NCBI GenBank assembly: GCA_963708135.1
Contig: OY970192.1
Coordinates: 800,001-864,000 of the forward strand
Origin: an uncultured Gemmatimonadales bacterium
GTDB lineage: Bacteria; Gemmatimonadota; Gemmatimonadetes; Longimicrobiales; RSA9
Reading direction: 5' to 3'
Length of the DNA: 64,000 bases
Shown here: piece after piece, positions 19,848-30,029 of the stretch
Layout of the letters: every line of letters starts with the position of its first letter
Numbering within the stretch: position 1 is the stretch's first letter
Notes under the pieces: model-generated
Seen by the model: the letters and a program-made list of their open reading frames with translations, nothing else
The model's database searches: none
Told to the model about the DNA's origin: nothing
Position numbers and translations under genes: made by a program

Positions 19848-22800
19848 GCGTCCGCCGGGCCGTGATGGCCATTGCCCGAGGGAGCGGTTGCGACTACGTA
19901 CGATTCCAGCCGCTCGTCGCCCTGAGATGGCTTTTCCAGTCTTTCTTTAGCAGCTAAAGAAGGGATCCGACTGACAGGAGCGGAGTTAGTACCGCTCGAA
20001 GCACCCCGGCCCCGGCCCGACCTCCCGCCGGCCGGGGGCCGACCGGACCCCGACCGCTCCACTCGGAGCCCCGACCGCTTCGCGTCATAGCCACCCTCGT
20101 GCAACGCCTCCACCTCGATCAGCCCCGGCAGAAACGCCTCACCTCCCATCCCCTGGCCCCGGTAGAGCAGCTCATAGGTGTAGCGCGGCCCCACCCGGTG
20201 CATGAGCACGTACTCGAGATCCACCAGTCGGCCCAGATGGATCTTTGTCTGCGTCGCACCCGTCGCGAGCGCCTCGCGCACCGACCGGGCTGTGAAGCGG
20301 AAGGTCTCCGGCTCGACCGTCTCACGACTGCACTCCTCGATGGCCCACTCGTTGAGCGCCTCCAGGAAACGGCGCGTCTGCGGCGGCAGCTCATCCAGCG
20401 ATCTCCCCAGCACCGCGGCCGCCAGCCGGTTCGCGACCTCGATATCCTCTCGAGTGACTTCGATGTAGTCGATCCGCTCACCACCCCGCTCCGCCTGCTT
20501 CACCTCGCGCTGGTACTGGTGCAGCAACGCGATCGCATCCATCAGCGTCAGGTACTTCTCGTGATCGCGCCGCGTGCGGGTGCACGTGTCCAGAAACGTG
20601 AGCTGCGGCGCGTACGGGTTCACCACCGCCAGCGGTCGGAGCAGTCGCTGCGCGTTCTGATGCAGTCGCACCAGGGCATTCCCCTCCCGCCGTGCCAGCA
20701 GGCCCTCCAGTGTGCGCCGCGCCCGTTGCCGCTCGTGCACGCGCCGCGTCTGCGCGCGCGCCTCATCCACACTCAGCACCAGCGCCCGATTGAGCAGTTC
20801 CTCGTCCAGGTCCGTGGCCGTCGTGGTCAGCATGATCGCCACCGGCCCCTCCACCCGGTACTCCTCCGTCACCAGCCGGCCCGTGTGCGGATCCTTGCCC
20901 GTACTCGCGATGCTCAGCGTCCCCTCGCTCTGCAGCAGCTTGAGCGCGTAGCTCGCCCGCTCCGCACCTTCTTCTTCCACCACCGCCAGCACCTTGTGGC
21001 GCAGGTCCCGCCCGCCCATGTAGAAGAGGCTCTGCCCCGTCATGGCGGAGTACTCAATGCGCTCCTCTTCAGGCACGAAGCCCAGCACCGCATCGAGCAG
21101 GCTCGTCTTGCCCGCCGCACTGCTGCTCTGCACGATCACCGCGAGCGGCCGCTCCAGCTTCCGGCTCACGCTCGCCAGATAGCCCACCAGCTTGTTCGTC
21201 TCCTCGCCTACCACCCCCACCGCCTCGAAAGCACCGAGTACCTGCTCCAGCAGGTCGGGGGCGCGCAGCAGATCGAGCGCCGCGGCCTCCTCCCCCTCCG
21301 AGAGCTCGGGCGGCTTCTGTTCCCGGGGCGTGAGCGCATCGCGGAGTCGCTCCTCCTGCAGCGTCTCCAGCGCCAGCAGCACCTGGCCCAGCTCCGTCTT
21401 GAGCGCCGGCTCCGGGGCGCCGAGCTCGCTGGCGGCTTGCTTGAGGTAGGCCGTGCGCTGCTTGGCCGCGTACAGGTCCAGCGTGTCCACGTGCAGCGCC
21501 GCGCCCTGACGTACCAGCAGGTTGATCCGCAGCGCGTCCGCACTCGTGTTCTTCTCCAGCCCCCGCACCCGGTAACTCCGCTCGCCCGCGCGCAGCACGA
21601 CCTCATGCTCACCCACCTCCACCGGCAGCGGCGGGGTGGGCGCGGCGGGAAGCGGAGAGGCAGACGGCACAGAGGGAGAGGAGGCGGCTAAAGGAGAGGA
21701 GGTCGAGGCCTTCGCAGTGGAGTGCGACGTGCCGGACACCCCCACTGATAGCTCATCCGCACCTGGCTCGTCCGGAGGACGTGCGGACTTCGCCGCGGGC
21801 GTTGCACGGCCACCGCCCAACCACACCGCGTGCCGGATCCGCTCCCCCAGGCTCTCCGCTGCCGGTGTCGAGGCCAGGGCATAGGCGTTGGCGTCCATCC
21901 CCTGCGGAAACTGGATGCGATAACACCCGATTCCGTCCGCCGCGAGTTGCTCGGCCAGTGCGGCCGCCGCGCTCTCGCCCGCCGCGTCCCGGTCGTAGGC
22001 GATCAGCACGCGCTCGGTGCCGTATCTGCGAAACGCCTCGTGATGCGCCGCCGTGAAGCCGCTCACCCCGTAGCTCGCCGTCACGTTCCGGTAGCCCGCG
22101 CACCAGAAGCTCAGCGCATCGAGCAGCGCCTCGCACAGGATGACCTCCTTCGACTCCGCCAGCGCCGCTTCGTTCCACACCCCCGCGTGCGCCCCCGGCA
22201 GGTAGAGGTGCAGCGGCGTGCCTGCCCGCAGTCCCTCCGTGATCTTGCGACCGTACATCTCCCGCACCGCTTCATCGGCATCGATCACCGGCACCACCAG
22301 CGAGCCGGTGAAATGCTCGTGTCCGCTCGGTCGCAGGATCCCCAGCCGCTGCAGCCGACTCCGGATCTCCGCTCCCGCCTTGAGCGCCTTCTTCGGCAGG
22401 TGGTAGCCCAGCGTCCGGTTGGCGAAGCCCAGTTGGAAGCGGTCAATATCCGCCACCTGGGCGAGGCCCCGCTTCTCCAGGTAGGCGATGGCTTCCGGAC
22501 TCTCCTTCAGCGTCTCGTGGTAGTAGCCCACCACCTGCTGCAGCAGCGCCTGGTCATCGACGTCCGGCTCCAGCAGCGGCGGCAGTGCTCTGGCCTTTGC
22601 ACTCGCGGCGGGCGCACCCCGCAGGATCTCCACCGCGTGCCGGAAGCTCACCCCCTCGCGCCGCATCACCCAGTCGATCACGCTCCCGCCCGCCTGGCAC
22701 GCGCCCAGGCAGTGCCACAGCCCTTTCGCCGGGCTCACCACCAGACTCGGCTCGTGGTCCTCGTGGAACGGACACAGCCCCAGCAGGTCCGCGCCGTGCC

Positions 22801-22891
22801 GCCGCAGCTTCACTCCGCTCCCCTCCACCAGCCCCACCAGGTCCGCCTCGCGCTTGAGCCGCTCCAACTCCTCCCTCTGGATCCGGGCCAT
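19844..22891 (-). CDS. CHC2 zinc-finger/TOPRIM primase fused to P-loop ATPase
   Basis: CPFH..WHCLGAC; CEALLD..YDRD; SSAAGKT Walker A. Confidence 0.9.
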   Translation of the reverse strand: MARIQREELERLKREADLVGLVEGSGVKLRRHGADLLGLCPFHEDHEPSLVVSPAKGLWHCLGACQAGGSVIDWVMRREGVSFRHAVEILRGAPAASAKARALPPLLEPDVDDQALLQQVVGYYHETLKESPEAIAYLEKRGLAQVADIDRFQLGFANRTLGYHLPKKALKAGAEIRSRLQRLGILRPSGHEHFTGSLVVPVIDADEAVREMYGRKITEGLRAGTPLHLYLPGAHAGVWNEAALAESKEVILCEALLDALSFWCAGYRNVTASYGVSGFTAAHHEAFRRYGTERVLIAYDRDAAGESAAAALAEQLAADGIGCYRIQFPQGMDANAYALASTPAAESLGERIRHAVWLGGGRATPAAKSARPPDEPGADELSVGVSGTSHSTAKASTSSPLAASSPSVPSASPLPAAPTPPLPVEVGEHEVVLRAGERSYRVRGLEKNTSADALRINLLVRQGAALHVDTLDLYAAKQRTAYLKQAASELGAPEPALKTELGQVLLALETLQEERLRDALTPREQKPPELSEGEEAAALDLLRAPDLLEQVLGAFEAVGVVGEETNKLVGYLASVSRKLERPLAVIVQSSSAAGKTSLLDAVLGFVPEEERIEYSAMTGQSLFYMGGRDLRHKVLAVVEEEGAERASYALKLLQSEGTLSIASTGKDPHTGRLVTEEYRVEGPVAIMLTTTATDLDEELLNRALVLSVDEARAQTRRVHERQRARRTLEGLLARREGNALVRLHQNAQRLLRPLAVVNPYAPQLTFLDTCTRTRRDHEKYLTLMDAIALLHQYQREVKQAERGGERIDYIEVTREDIEVANRLAAAVLGRSLDELPPQTRRFLEALNEWAIEECSRETVEPETFRFTARSVREALATGATQTKIHLGRLVDLEYVLMHRVGPRYTYELLYRGQGMGGEAFLPGLIEVEALHEGGYDAKRSGLRVERSGSGRPPAGGRSGRGRGASSGTNSAPVSRIPSLAAKERLEKPSQGDERLESYVVATAPSGNGHHGPADA

Positions 22892-22994
22892 GGCTCCTGC
22901 CTCCTCCGGAAATCCCGTCAATGGACCCTTGCGTCTCTTGTGGTATGGACTAATATGTCATCATCGCACCGGACGCAAGAGAGGAGGCCTTATC

Positions 22995-23381
22995 ATGATC
23001 GACCACGTGAAGCTCTATCCCGAGGTCGATATGGAGCAGTTCCCGGAGACCCTCAAGCTGCTGAGGGAAAGCAGGGGTCTGACGCAGGCCCGGCTTGCCG
23101 AGTTGATCGAGGCCAGTCCGCGCGTCTACAATCGGTGGGAAACGGGCGCGGCGGCCCCGCGGCTAGACACTCTCGTGAAGATCGCTGACATCCTCAACGT
23201 CAGCCTGGACGAGCTCGTCGGGCGCACCGAGCCCAGTTCCGAGGTCGAGATCCAGAATCCCAGGCTCCACGCCCTCTACCGCCACATCGATCGGCTCTCC
23301 GACGAGGACCAGCAGGCCGTCATCATCCTTCTCGACTCTCTCGTCAAGCGGTCCCAGATGGACCAGATCCTCGCTTCCTGA
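22995..23381 (+). CDS. XRE-family HTH regulator, divergent from primase
   Basis: LKLLRESRGLTQARLAELI..YNRWETG..P..L.KIADIL.VSLDELVG. Confidence 0.9.
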   Translation: MIDHVKLYPEVDMEQFPETLKLLRESRGLTQARLAELIEASPRVYNRWETGAAAPRLDTLVKIADILNVSLDELVGRTEPSSEVEIQNPRLHALYRHIDRLSDEDQQAVIILLDSLVKRSQMDQILAS

Positions 23382-23624
23382 CCAGCCACCGCCGCCCACG
23401 GGAACGAGCAGCTAAAGGAAGAAGCCCGGCCATCGCTGGTCGGGCTCTCCGGCTTCATGCCTGTGTCTCGGCACCGTTGCGGGCTCCGCTCCGGCGTGCC
23501 GGCCTCGCATTATGCGCCCTCGCCCTCGGCGCGCCTCCGCTCCGGGCGCTTCGCGCCTCTACATAACCGGGTTATGCAAACCCGCTGCGGCAGATCTCGT
23601 TGACAAAACGCCATATTCATTTGC

Positions 23625-24074
23625 TCATTCAGAGTTCAGCGGAGACTGACTGGCAACTTGCGTCGATTCCGAGAATTCCCATGCCTTAAAAGTAATCTCG
23701 ATCCACGAGTAGCCCTCGCGGCGAAATGACGCTTTGTAGCTGGGCCCGGTCAGCCGTGAACGAACCAAGGCTCCAGCATCTTCGACTCGAAGGCAAGCGA
23801 TTTCGCCGAAGCCCCAACCAAGTGATGCCTCCTTCTGCATCACTGAGTCAGAGAGTTCGTTGATAACGTGCAGTTCACTCACGCCGCAGAAGCGGATTGA
23901 CACAATACGCCGGTCAGCGTATTGGGTCCGAATCGTTCCATCCTCCTGCCACACGAAGTCAATGTCGATGCTGAGGGACGCGCCCCAGTTCAGCCACTGG
24001 ACGCCGACAACAACACACTCCTCGAAATCGCGGTACGCGTGAAGCTCTGCTCTCAATACAGGCAATCCGCTCAT
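23625..24074 (-). CDS. Putative immunity protein (integrative-element cargo)
   Basis: Overlaps CT stop (ATGA); low GC. Confidence 0.75.
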   Translation of the reverse strand: MSGLPVLRAELHAYRDFEECVVVGVQWLNWGASLSIDIDFVWQEDGTIRTQYADRRIVSIRFCGVSELHVINELSDSVMQKEASLGWGFGEIACLRVEDAGALVRSRLTGPSYKASFRREGYSWIEITFKAWEFSESTQVASQSPLNSE

Positions 24075-27044
24075 CGATTCCAGATGTTAAGATGCGTGGT
24101 CGCGTTGGGACCAGGGTTACCCAGCGCGTCGAGATAGTTGCGAGCTGCATTCATGATGCGCAGTTGCCAACCATTTTCCCGCCGCATTAAGCGAACTTCT
24201 TCGCCCGTTCCATTCGTGAAAAGGTAGCCACTCTTATTCTCCGTCAGTCCCATCACAAACCCGTTCTCTTTCAGAATTGCGCGAATTCCAATGATCGACT
24301 CATCCGCAAGTCCGCCTCCCTCCGAGAACAGCGCGCGTAGCCCGGCGCTCGCTCCCCGTAGCCCCCGCCCGACGGCACCACCACCCACCGTGAATGCCGC
24401 CATTGCGAAGCCGCGTCCGGCGTGACCACTCCCGATATCGAAGCCAGCATCAAACGCTGCGGTGATCGGATTGACATCGTTGATCGCATTCAACCCAGCT
24501 GCGGCATTGAGCACCACGCCGCCCAGGCCACCGCCACGCTGCGCTCCCCAATTTGCCGCTTTCTGCAAGCAATCTTCAATCGGCGGGCACAATCCGAACG
24601 GGTCGGTATAAGACGCGGGGTTGTTGCCCGCATACGCATAGAGGTTAAGCCCGCCGGCAAATCCGATGGGGTCTTCCTGCGTGAACCTCCCCAATCTGGC
24701 GTCGTAGTAGCGGTTGCGGAAGAAGGCTCCGGTCTCCTGGTTCGAGTCGCCGTTGCGGGCGGGGGCGAAGCTGTAGCTTTCGCGGATGGCACCCGACTGC
24801 GAGCCCCAGGTACTCCACGCCGGGAGCTCGTTTCCGTTCGTGTCCGTGATGCAGTTCTCGCCCTGCGGGCCCTGGAAGCTGAACAGTCGTTCGCGATGCG
24901 TGATGAAATATGCGCGCTTGTCGTTCAGGCTGCCGAGGGGACACGCAGCGTTGCCGTACATCATCAGCGGGTCGTCGAGCCCCGGCCCGTCCACGAACTC
25001 GACCGTCGAGTGCTCGATCACGTTCTGACCATCGTAGAAGGTCTCCGCGCCGGAGTGGGCATAAGCGCCGCGGATCCGCCGGCCCAGGCCGTCGTAGCGG
25101 AAGAAGGCGGTATCGGGGTGAGTGCCGGAGAGCTGGCCGGCGGCGCTGTAGTAGCGGTGCCAGGTGTAGGCGGTCCCGGCGTAGGTGCCCTGCTCGAGCG
25201 TCTCGTTGCCGTTCGCGTCGTAGCTGAAGTCGACGCTCTCCGGACCGGAGACGCCGCTGTAGTAGCGGGTCCGGCGGGTCACCTCGTTCGAGAGGCCGTC
25301 GAGCTGGAAGAGCACGCTGTCGGCGCACAGGCTGCCGCGCACGCACAGGTACTCCTTCACGCGGTTGCCGGCCGCGTCGTGGACCAGGCTGTCCATGGAG
25401 GCGTAGGTGCCGTTCTTCATCTGGTCCGTGTAGCGGATCTTCCCCCGGTGGTCGTAGGCCCAGTGGCTGACCCACGTCCCTCCGTTCGTCTCCCGGCCCC
25501 GGTTCACGACCGAGTCCGGCCGGCCCGCGGCGTCGTAGGCGAAGGTAAGGTCCACGGGCGTGTAGCCCGTCGTCGCATTGACCGAGACGACGCGCGCGAG
25601 CTGCCCGTCCTTCGTGTAGCCGTAGCTCGTCTTCGTGCCGTTGGGCAGCGAGACCGTGTCGCGCCGGCCGAGCGCGTCGTAATGGAAGGAGATCACCTCG
25701 CCCGCCGGCGTCTGGATCTGGCTGACGAGCCCGCCCGGGCCGAAGGTCGAGGTGTAGGTGCCCTTCGGCGTGGTCCGCGTGTGCCGGCCCGCCCACTGGT
25801 AGGCCGACGTGTACGTCCGCGTCGTTCCCGACCACTTGTGGAGCTGGACGCTCGAGGCGAGGGTGCCCTCGCGGTTGAAGGTGCGCGTGACCTTCGAGCT
25901 GTCCTCGTCGAGCACGGTCGGGTTGCCGGCGGCGTCGTACTGGAGGTCGATCGTGGTGCCGCGCACGCCGAGGACACCGCCCTGGTAGGTGCTCGAGAGA
26001 ATCCGCTGCTTCGGGCGGTCGTCGCCGTCGTAGTGGATCGTGACGGTGCTGCCGTCGCGGTTCGTGCCCAGGGTGAGGTTCCCGGCGAGGTCGTAGGCGT
26101 CGAGCTGGGTGGCCCCCTTGGCGTCGACCATTGCCGTGTCCTCGCCCAGGGCGTTGTACTGCCAGATGCGGGCGAGCAGGCGGGGGTCTGACGCGCCAAT
26201 GCGGTTACCATCCGCATCGAACGTGAAGCGGCTGGGGCGTATGAGGCCGTGGTCGTACTGGTCGACCTCGGTCCGGTTGCCGAGAAGGTCGTGCACGAAG
26301 GTCGTGCTGTCACCGGCGGGGTCGCTCACGCGGCGCAACAGCCCGTAGGCGTCGTAGCCGTAGCTGGTGGTGTCGCCGCCGGGCGTGGTGCTCGAGAGCA
26401 GGTTGCCGGTGCCGGAATCGTCGTTGCCGAGCATCGTGGTGAGATCCTGCACGCCGGCGCCGTAGACCGGCACGGAGTGCTCGGTCGCGCTCGCCACCTG
26501 GCCGCGGCTGTTGTACGTGAAGCTGGTCTCGTGCCCGCGCGGGTCCACGACGTTGTCCAGCGTGCCGTCCGTGGCGTTGTAGGTGAAGGTGGTGGTGTCC
26601 CGGTGCGTCCCGTCGCGCGGCTCGATCAGCTTCCACGGCTTGTCAGGCGCCGCCGTCGAATACCGATAGGTCACCGAATCCGCGCCGGCGCTCGACGTGA
26701 GGTCCGCGGCGTAGGCGACCCGGCCGGAGCCGTCGTAGGCGGTCGTGGTGGTGCGGCCGTTCGGCCAGTCGACCTCCTTCGTGAGCAGGGGGAAGCTGGC
26801 GTCGTGCTTCAGGACGGTTGTATTGCCCACGGCGTCGACAACCGTGTCCGGCGCGCCGAAGCGGTCCAGGTAGAACTTCGTGATCTGCAGGGTGTCCGTG
26901 CGCGGCCCGTGCACCTCGAAGTCGGCGCTCGCGGCCGCGTAGCTGGCGTTGAGGCCGGTGGCGGCGGTGGCAAGGCCGCGGCTCGCGAGAGGAGTAAACG
27001 TCGTGACCGGCGTTCCGGCCGTGACCTGCGGCAGGGTGTCGGCC
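24071..27044 (-). pseudogene. 5'-truncated Rhs paralog fused in frame to the integrative-element CT
   Basis: YD repeats, RYYD..GRFTQEDPIG..NNPASYTDPFG, CT ending YLDALGNPGPNATTHLNIWNR; Rhs homology stops at 27044. Confidence 0.9.
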
Positions 27045-27293
27045 TCCCACGATGGACCTGATCGCGTCGGGCACGCCCCTCCTTCGCACTCATGGCCATC
27101 GACCCGGCATGGACCCGATAATCCGGGCGAGGCGCGCTCTGCGGCCTCCCATGTGGGACTCGGTCGTGCCGGGGCCCCACCTCCCCGCCGGGATGACCGA
27201 CGGGGAGGTGAGCGGAACGGGGCCGGTGTGGATCCGATAATCCGGTCGAGGGGTCTATGACCGCCTCCAATCTCGGACTCGATCGCACCGGCT
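27040..27293 (+). ncRNA. Remnant bridge-RNA-like region (2.5 loops) of a unit whose recombinase was deleted
   Basis: Homologous to 16793-17045 and 40047-40292. Confidence 0.75.
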
Positions 27294-27596
27294 CTACTCG
27301 CTTGGTTGGTTCCGCAGCAAGTCCCAGAGGCGTTCGCGAAGATGATCGAGGGTGGCATTCGCAACCGCTTCATCATCAACTGAATGGCCGTTTGCGCGGC
27401 TAATCCAAAGATCGGTGAAGCTGCCCATGCCTCCGAACAGTGCGCGGGCGTCATCGCAAATGTCCGGGCAATTTAGTTTTGATCTATGCTGGTTCAATAT
27501 TGAATCAACCATCGAAGCCCACCCGGTTTCGTTGTGTCTACGTAAAAACTGCTCAATATCCTTGAGCACAGCTTCAACGTCCGCGTGTGCCGCCAT
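27294..27596 (-). CDS. Putative immunity protein (GGMGSF.D motif)
   Basis: GGAGG RBS; directly downstream of CT. Confidence 0.75.
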   Translation of the reverse strand: MAAHADVEAVLKDIEQFLRRHNETGWASMVDSILNQHRSKLNCPDICDDARALFGGMGSFTDLWISRANGHSVDDEAVANATLDHLRERLWDLLRNQPSE

Positions 27597-27605
27597 CGGT
27601 CCTCC

Positions 27606-28193
27606 TCACGGGTGCGGGATCAGTACGCTTGGATCCCGAAGCCAGATCTGCGTCGCCCACGGAGCACCGCCAGCAACGCGACCAGTAAAGATTTCCGTTC
27701 CTTTCGGAATCACAAAACTGTTAAGTGTTTCAGCCGTTGCGCTTTCGGGCAAGTTCAGCGCGGCTCGCGCGATTTCGCCCGAAGCGATTCGGGAAACCGT
27801 TTGACGCGTGGTCAGGAAACGGCCGATCGGTCGGGAAACACCGCCGGAATATCGGTAACCGCTGACGTCACTTTGGAGAACTCTACTGCGTACGGTTCCG
27901 GCGAACGATTCAGCTACATCAGAAGCGAGGTCGCTCTTCGCAGCAGAAGCCGCGACCCGCCCGACCAACGCCTCCACCCCATGGCTCAGGAGTCCAGAAA
28001 TTCCTCCCGCGAGCAGCGCCACCGGATCGAGAAGGCCCCCGCTCTTTAGCCCTGGCTCACCACCGGGGCACCCCGCGTGCCATTCGGTTTCCGGCGGGCA
28101 CAGACCAAAGGGGTCCGTATAGGAGGCCGGATTATTCCCCGCATACGCATAGAGGTTGAGCCCGCCCGCAAGTCCGATGGGGTCTTCCTGCGT
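27606..28193 (-). pseudogene. Orphan Rhs CT with retained core tail; possible ART/TNT-like NAD-using toxin
   Basis: TQEDPIGL..NNPASYTDPFGLCPPETEWH..; YR..G..GRFLT..LNLP..IPKGT..G.VAGG...QI; fold call tentative. Confidence 0.75.
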
Positions 28194-28321
28194 TAATATC
28201 CGCTCAGACGCCTCCGGCCGACTCCCGAGCCGCTATCCCTCTGTCGTTTCTTTCTTTAGCCGCTTCCTTCCCGCCTTCTTCGTCGTAGTTTTCCGCTTCA
28301 GACCTGGATGCGTGTTTTCCC

Positions 28322-28543
28322 CTACGCAAAGAGGAGGCGTCCCTTCGGCGGTGGTACCTCACGACCGATGTCGCGCGCCGTCTCGATCCACTCCTCGATC
28401 ACCGTCTGCACGTTGCCCAGCGCCTCGCGATACGTGGCACCGTCGGCGGCACAGCCCGGCAGCTCGGGCACCTCGGCGATGTAGGCATCGTCCTCCTCGC
28501 TCCAGTAGAGGATGATCTCGTAGCGTGGGTCAGTCTTCGCCAT
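28322..28543 (-). CDS. hicB: HicB-family antitoxin (copy 2)
   Basis: Identical protein to copy 1. Confidence 0.9.
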   Translation of the reverse strand: MAKTDPRYEIILYWSEEDDAYIAEVPELPGCAADGATYREALGNVQTVIEEWIETARDIGREVPPPKGRLLFA

Positions 28544-28796
28544 CGGCCGTGCCTCCAAGCTTGTACGTCACGATTACACGCCGGACCTGCTTCACCTGAT
28601 ACGGCTTCGCCAGCTTGCCCCTGGGCTGCAGGTTCAGGATCTCCGCGATGCCATCACGCAAGTAGATGTGATGGCTGCCGCGGATCCGCTCCTCGAAGCC
28701 GAGCGCATGGAGCAGACGCCGCAGATCCTGGAAATCGATGGCGCTGTCGGAGGTTCCCCGCAGCAGCCGCGCCAGGATCTTGTCGATCTGCGTCAT
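28530..28796 (-). CDS. hicA: HicA-family toxin (copy 2)
   Basis: Identical protein to copy 1. Confidence 0.9.
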   Translation of the reverse strand: MTQIDKILARLLRGTSDSAIDFQDLRRLLHALGFEERIRGSHHIYLRDGIAEILNLQPRGKLAKPYQVKQVRRVIVTYKLGGTADGED

Positions 28797-29066
28797 GCCG
28801 AAAGATAGCGTGCCGGCTCCTCGCGCGGGACCACCAAGGTGCGGGGCAGGTTTACGTAACCCGGTTACGTAAAGGGCCAGAGGCCCCCAGCGCAGGCGCG
28901 GCGAGGCCGAGTGCGCATAATCCCGGGATTATGCGCACCGAGCGAAAGCGAGGGGACCCGGCCGGTCCCGAGCGAGAGCGAGGGCGGCGCGCCGGAGCGC
29001 AGCCTGCGCCGCACGCGCCACGCTGCCGGCCCTGCCACCACCACCCTAAATAGACAAGCAAAGCAG

Positions 29067-30029
29067 CTAAAGAGAGGAGGGGTGGGTGGGCCGTGTGAGA
29101 TGGGCCGGGTGAGTGCGGGCGTGCACCTGCTTGAGGCGGGCGATGGAGACGCGGGTGTAGAGCTGGGTGGTGGAGAGCTGGGCATGACCGAGCATCTCCT
29201 GGATGTCGCGGATGTCGGCGCCGCCCTCGAGCATGAGGGTGGCCATGGTGTGGCGAAAGAGGTGGCAGGAGCCGCTCTTGCCGAGGTCAGCCGCGGCCAC
29301 GTAGCGGCGCACCAGCTCAGAGAGACGATTGGCCCGGAGCCGCCGTCCGCGGCGGGAGAGAAAGAGGAGTCCGTGATCGGGCGGCACGAGCAGGTGCGGC
29401 CGCACATCCGAGAGGTAGCGCTGGGCCCAGGCGAGCGCCCGCTCCCCGACGGGCACCAGCCGGTCGCGTCGTCCCTTGCCCTCGCGCACGAAGAGACTGC
29501 CGCGGGCAGGATCGATGTCCACCAGGCGGAGCCGGATGAGTTCGGTGCGACGGATCCCGGTCGAGTAGAGCACCTCGAGGAGCGTGCGGTCCCGCACCCC
29601 GAGCAGGGTTGACAGATCCGGCTGCGCAAGCACCCGCTCCGCTTCGTCGCTGGTGAGCACGGCGCCGGGCAGGTGATGGGCTCGCCTGGGCAGCTCGAGG
29701 TCGGCCGCGGGGTTGTAGGGCAGGCGGTGGGTCCGCACGAGCCACTTCAACAGGCCCTTGATGGCGATGAGCTTCTGCGCCTGTGCGCCCCAGCCCAGCG
29801 GCTGTCCGTTCTTCTGCCGCTGCTGGAAGAGCGCCGTGCGATAGCGCTCGAGGAGCGGCAGCGAGAGATCCTGCACGGTCTCGACGCCGCGCTCCTCGCA
29901 CCAGGTGCGGAAGTGGTTCAGGTAGCTTTTGCGGCTGCGCACCGTGTGCGGCGAGTAGGCCGCGGCCGCAAGCGCGGCCAGGTGCAGCGCGATGAGCGTG
30001 GCGAGTTCGCTCTCCGCGGCCGCACTCAT
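29067..30029 (-). CDS. XerC/D-like tyrosine recombinase (copy 2)
   Basis: One substitution vs copy 1 (DLF to DLS). Confidence 0.95.
   Translation of the reverse strand: MSAAAESELATLIALHLAALAAAAYSPHTVRSRKSYLNHFRTWCEERGVETVQDLSLPLLERYRTALFQQRQKNGQPLGWGAQAQKLIAIKGLLKWLVRTHRLPYNPAADLELPRRAHHLPGAVLTSDEAERVLAQPDLSTLLGVRDRTLLEVLYSTGIRRTELIRLRLVDIDPARGSLFVREGKGRRDRLVPVGERALAWAQRYLSDVRPHLLVPPDHGLLFLSRRGRRLRANRLSELVRRYVAAADLGKSGSCHLFRHTMATLMLEGGADIRDIQEMLGHAQLSTTQLYTRVSIARLKQVHARTHPAHLTRPTHPSSL

Larger units (their letters stand above)
18012..24682. mobile_element. Tyrosine-recombinase/primase integrative element carrying Rhs CT-immunity, copy 1
   Basis: Flanked by ATGGGGTCTTCCTGCGT at 17995-18011 and 24666-24682. 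Confidence 0.8.

Noticed and set aside
20099..23188. Long plus-strand ORFs antisense to the primase (and similar shadow ORFs opposite glmS, alaS, glpK, IS110, rhs)
   Set aside because: High-GC shadow frames with no recognisable motifs.
18012..24682. Prophage interpretation of the integrase-primase block
   Set aside because: No capsid, terminase, tail or conjugation genes; at most a satellite or integrative element.
27045..27454. N-terminal extension of the 1127-aa ORF 24071-27454
   Set aside because: Read-through across ncRNA remnant and immunity gene in another frame; Rhs homology ends at 27044.
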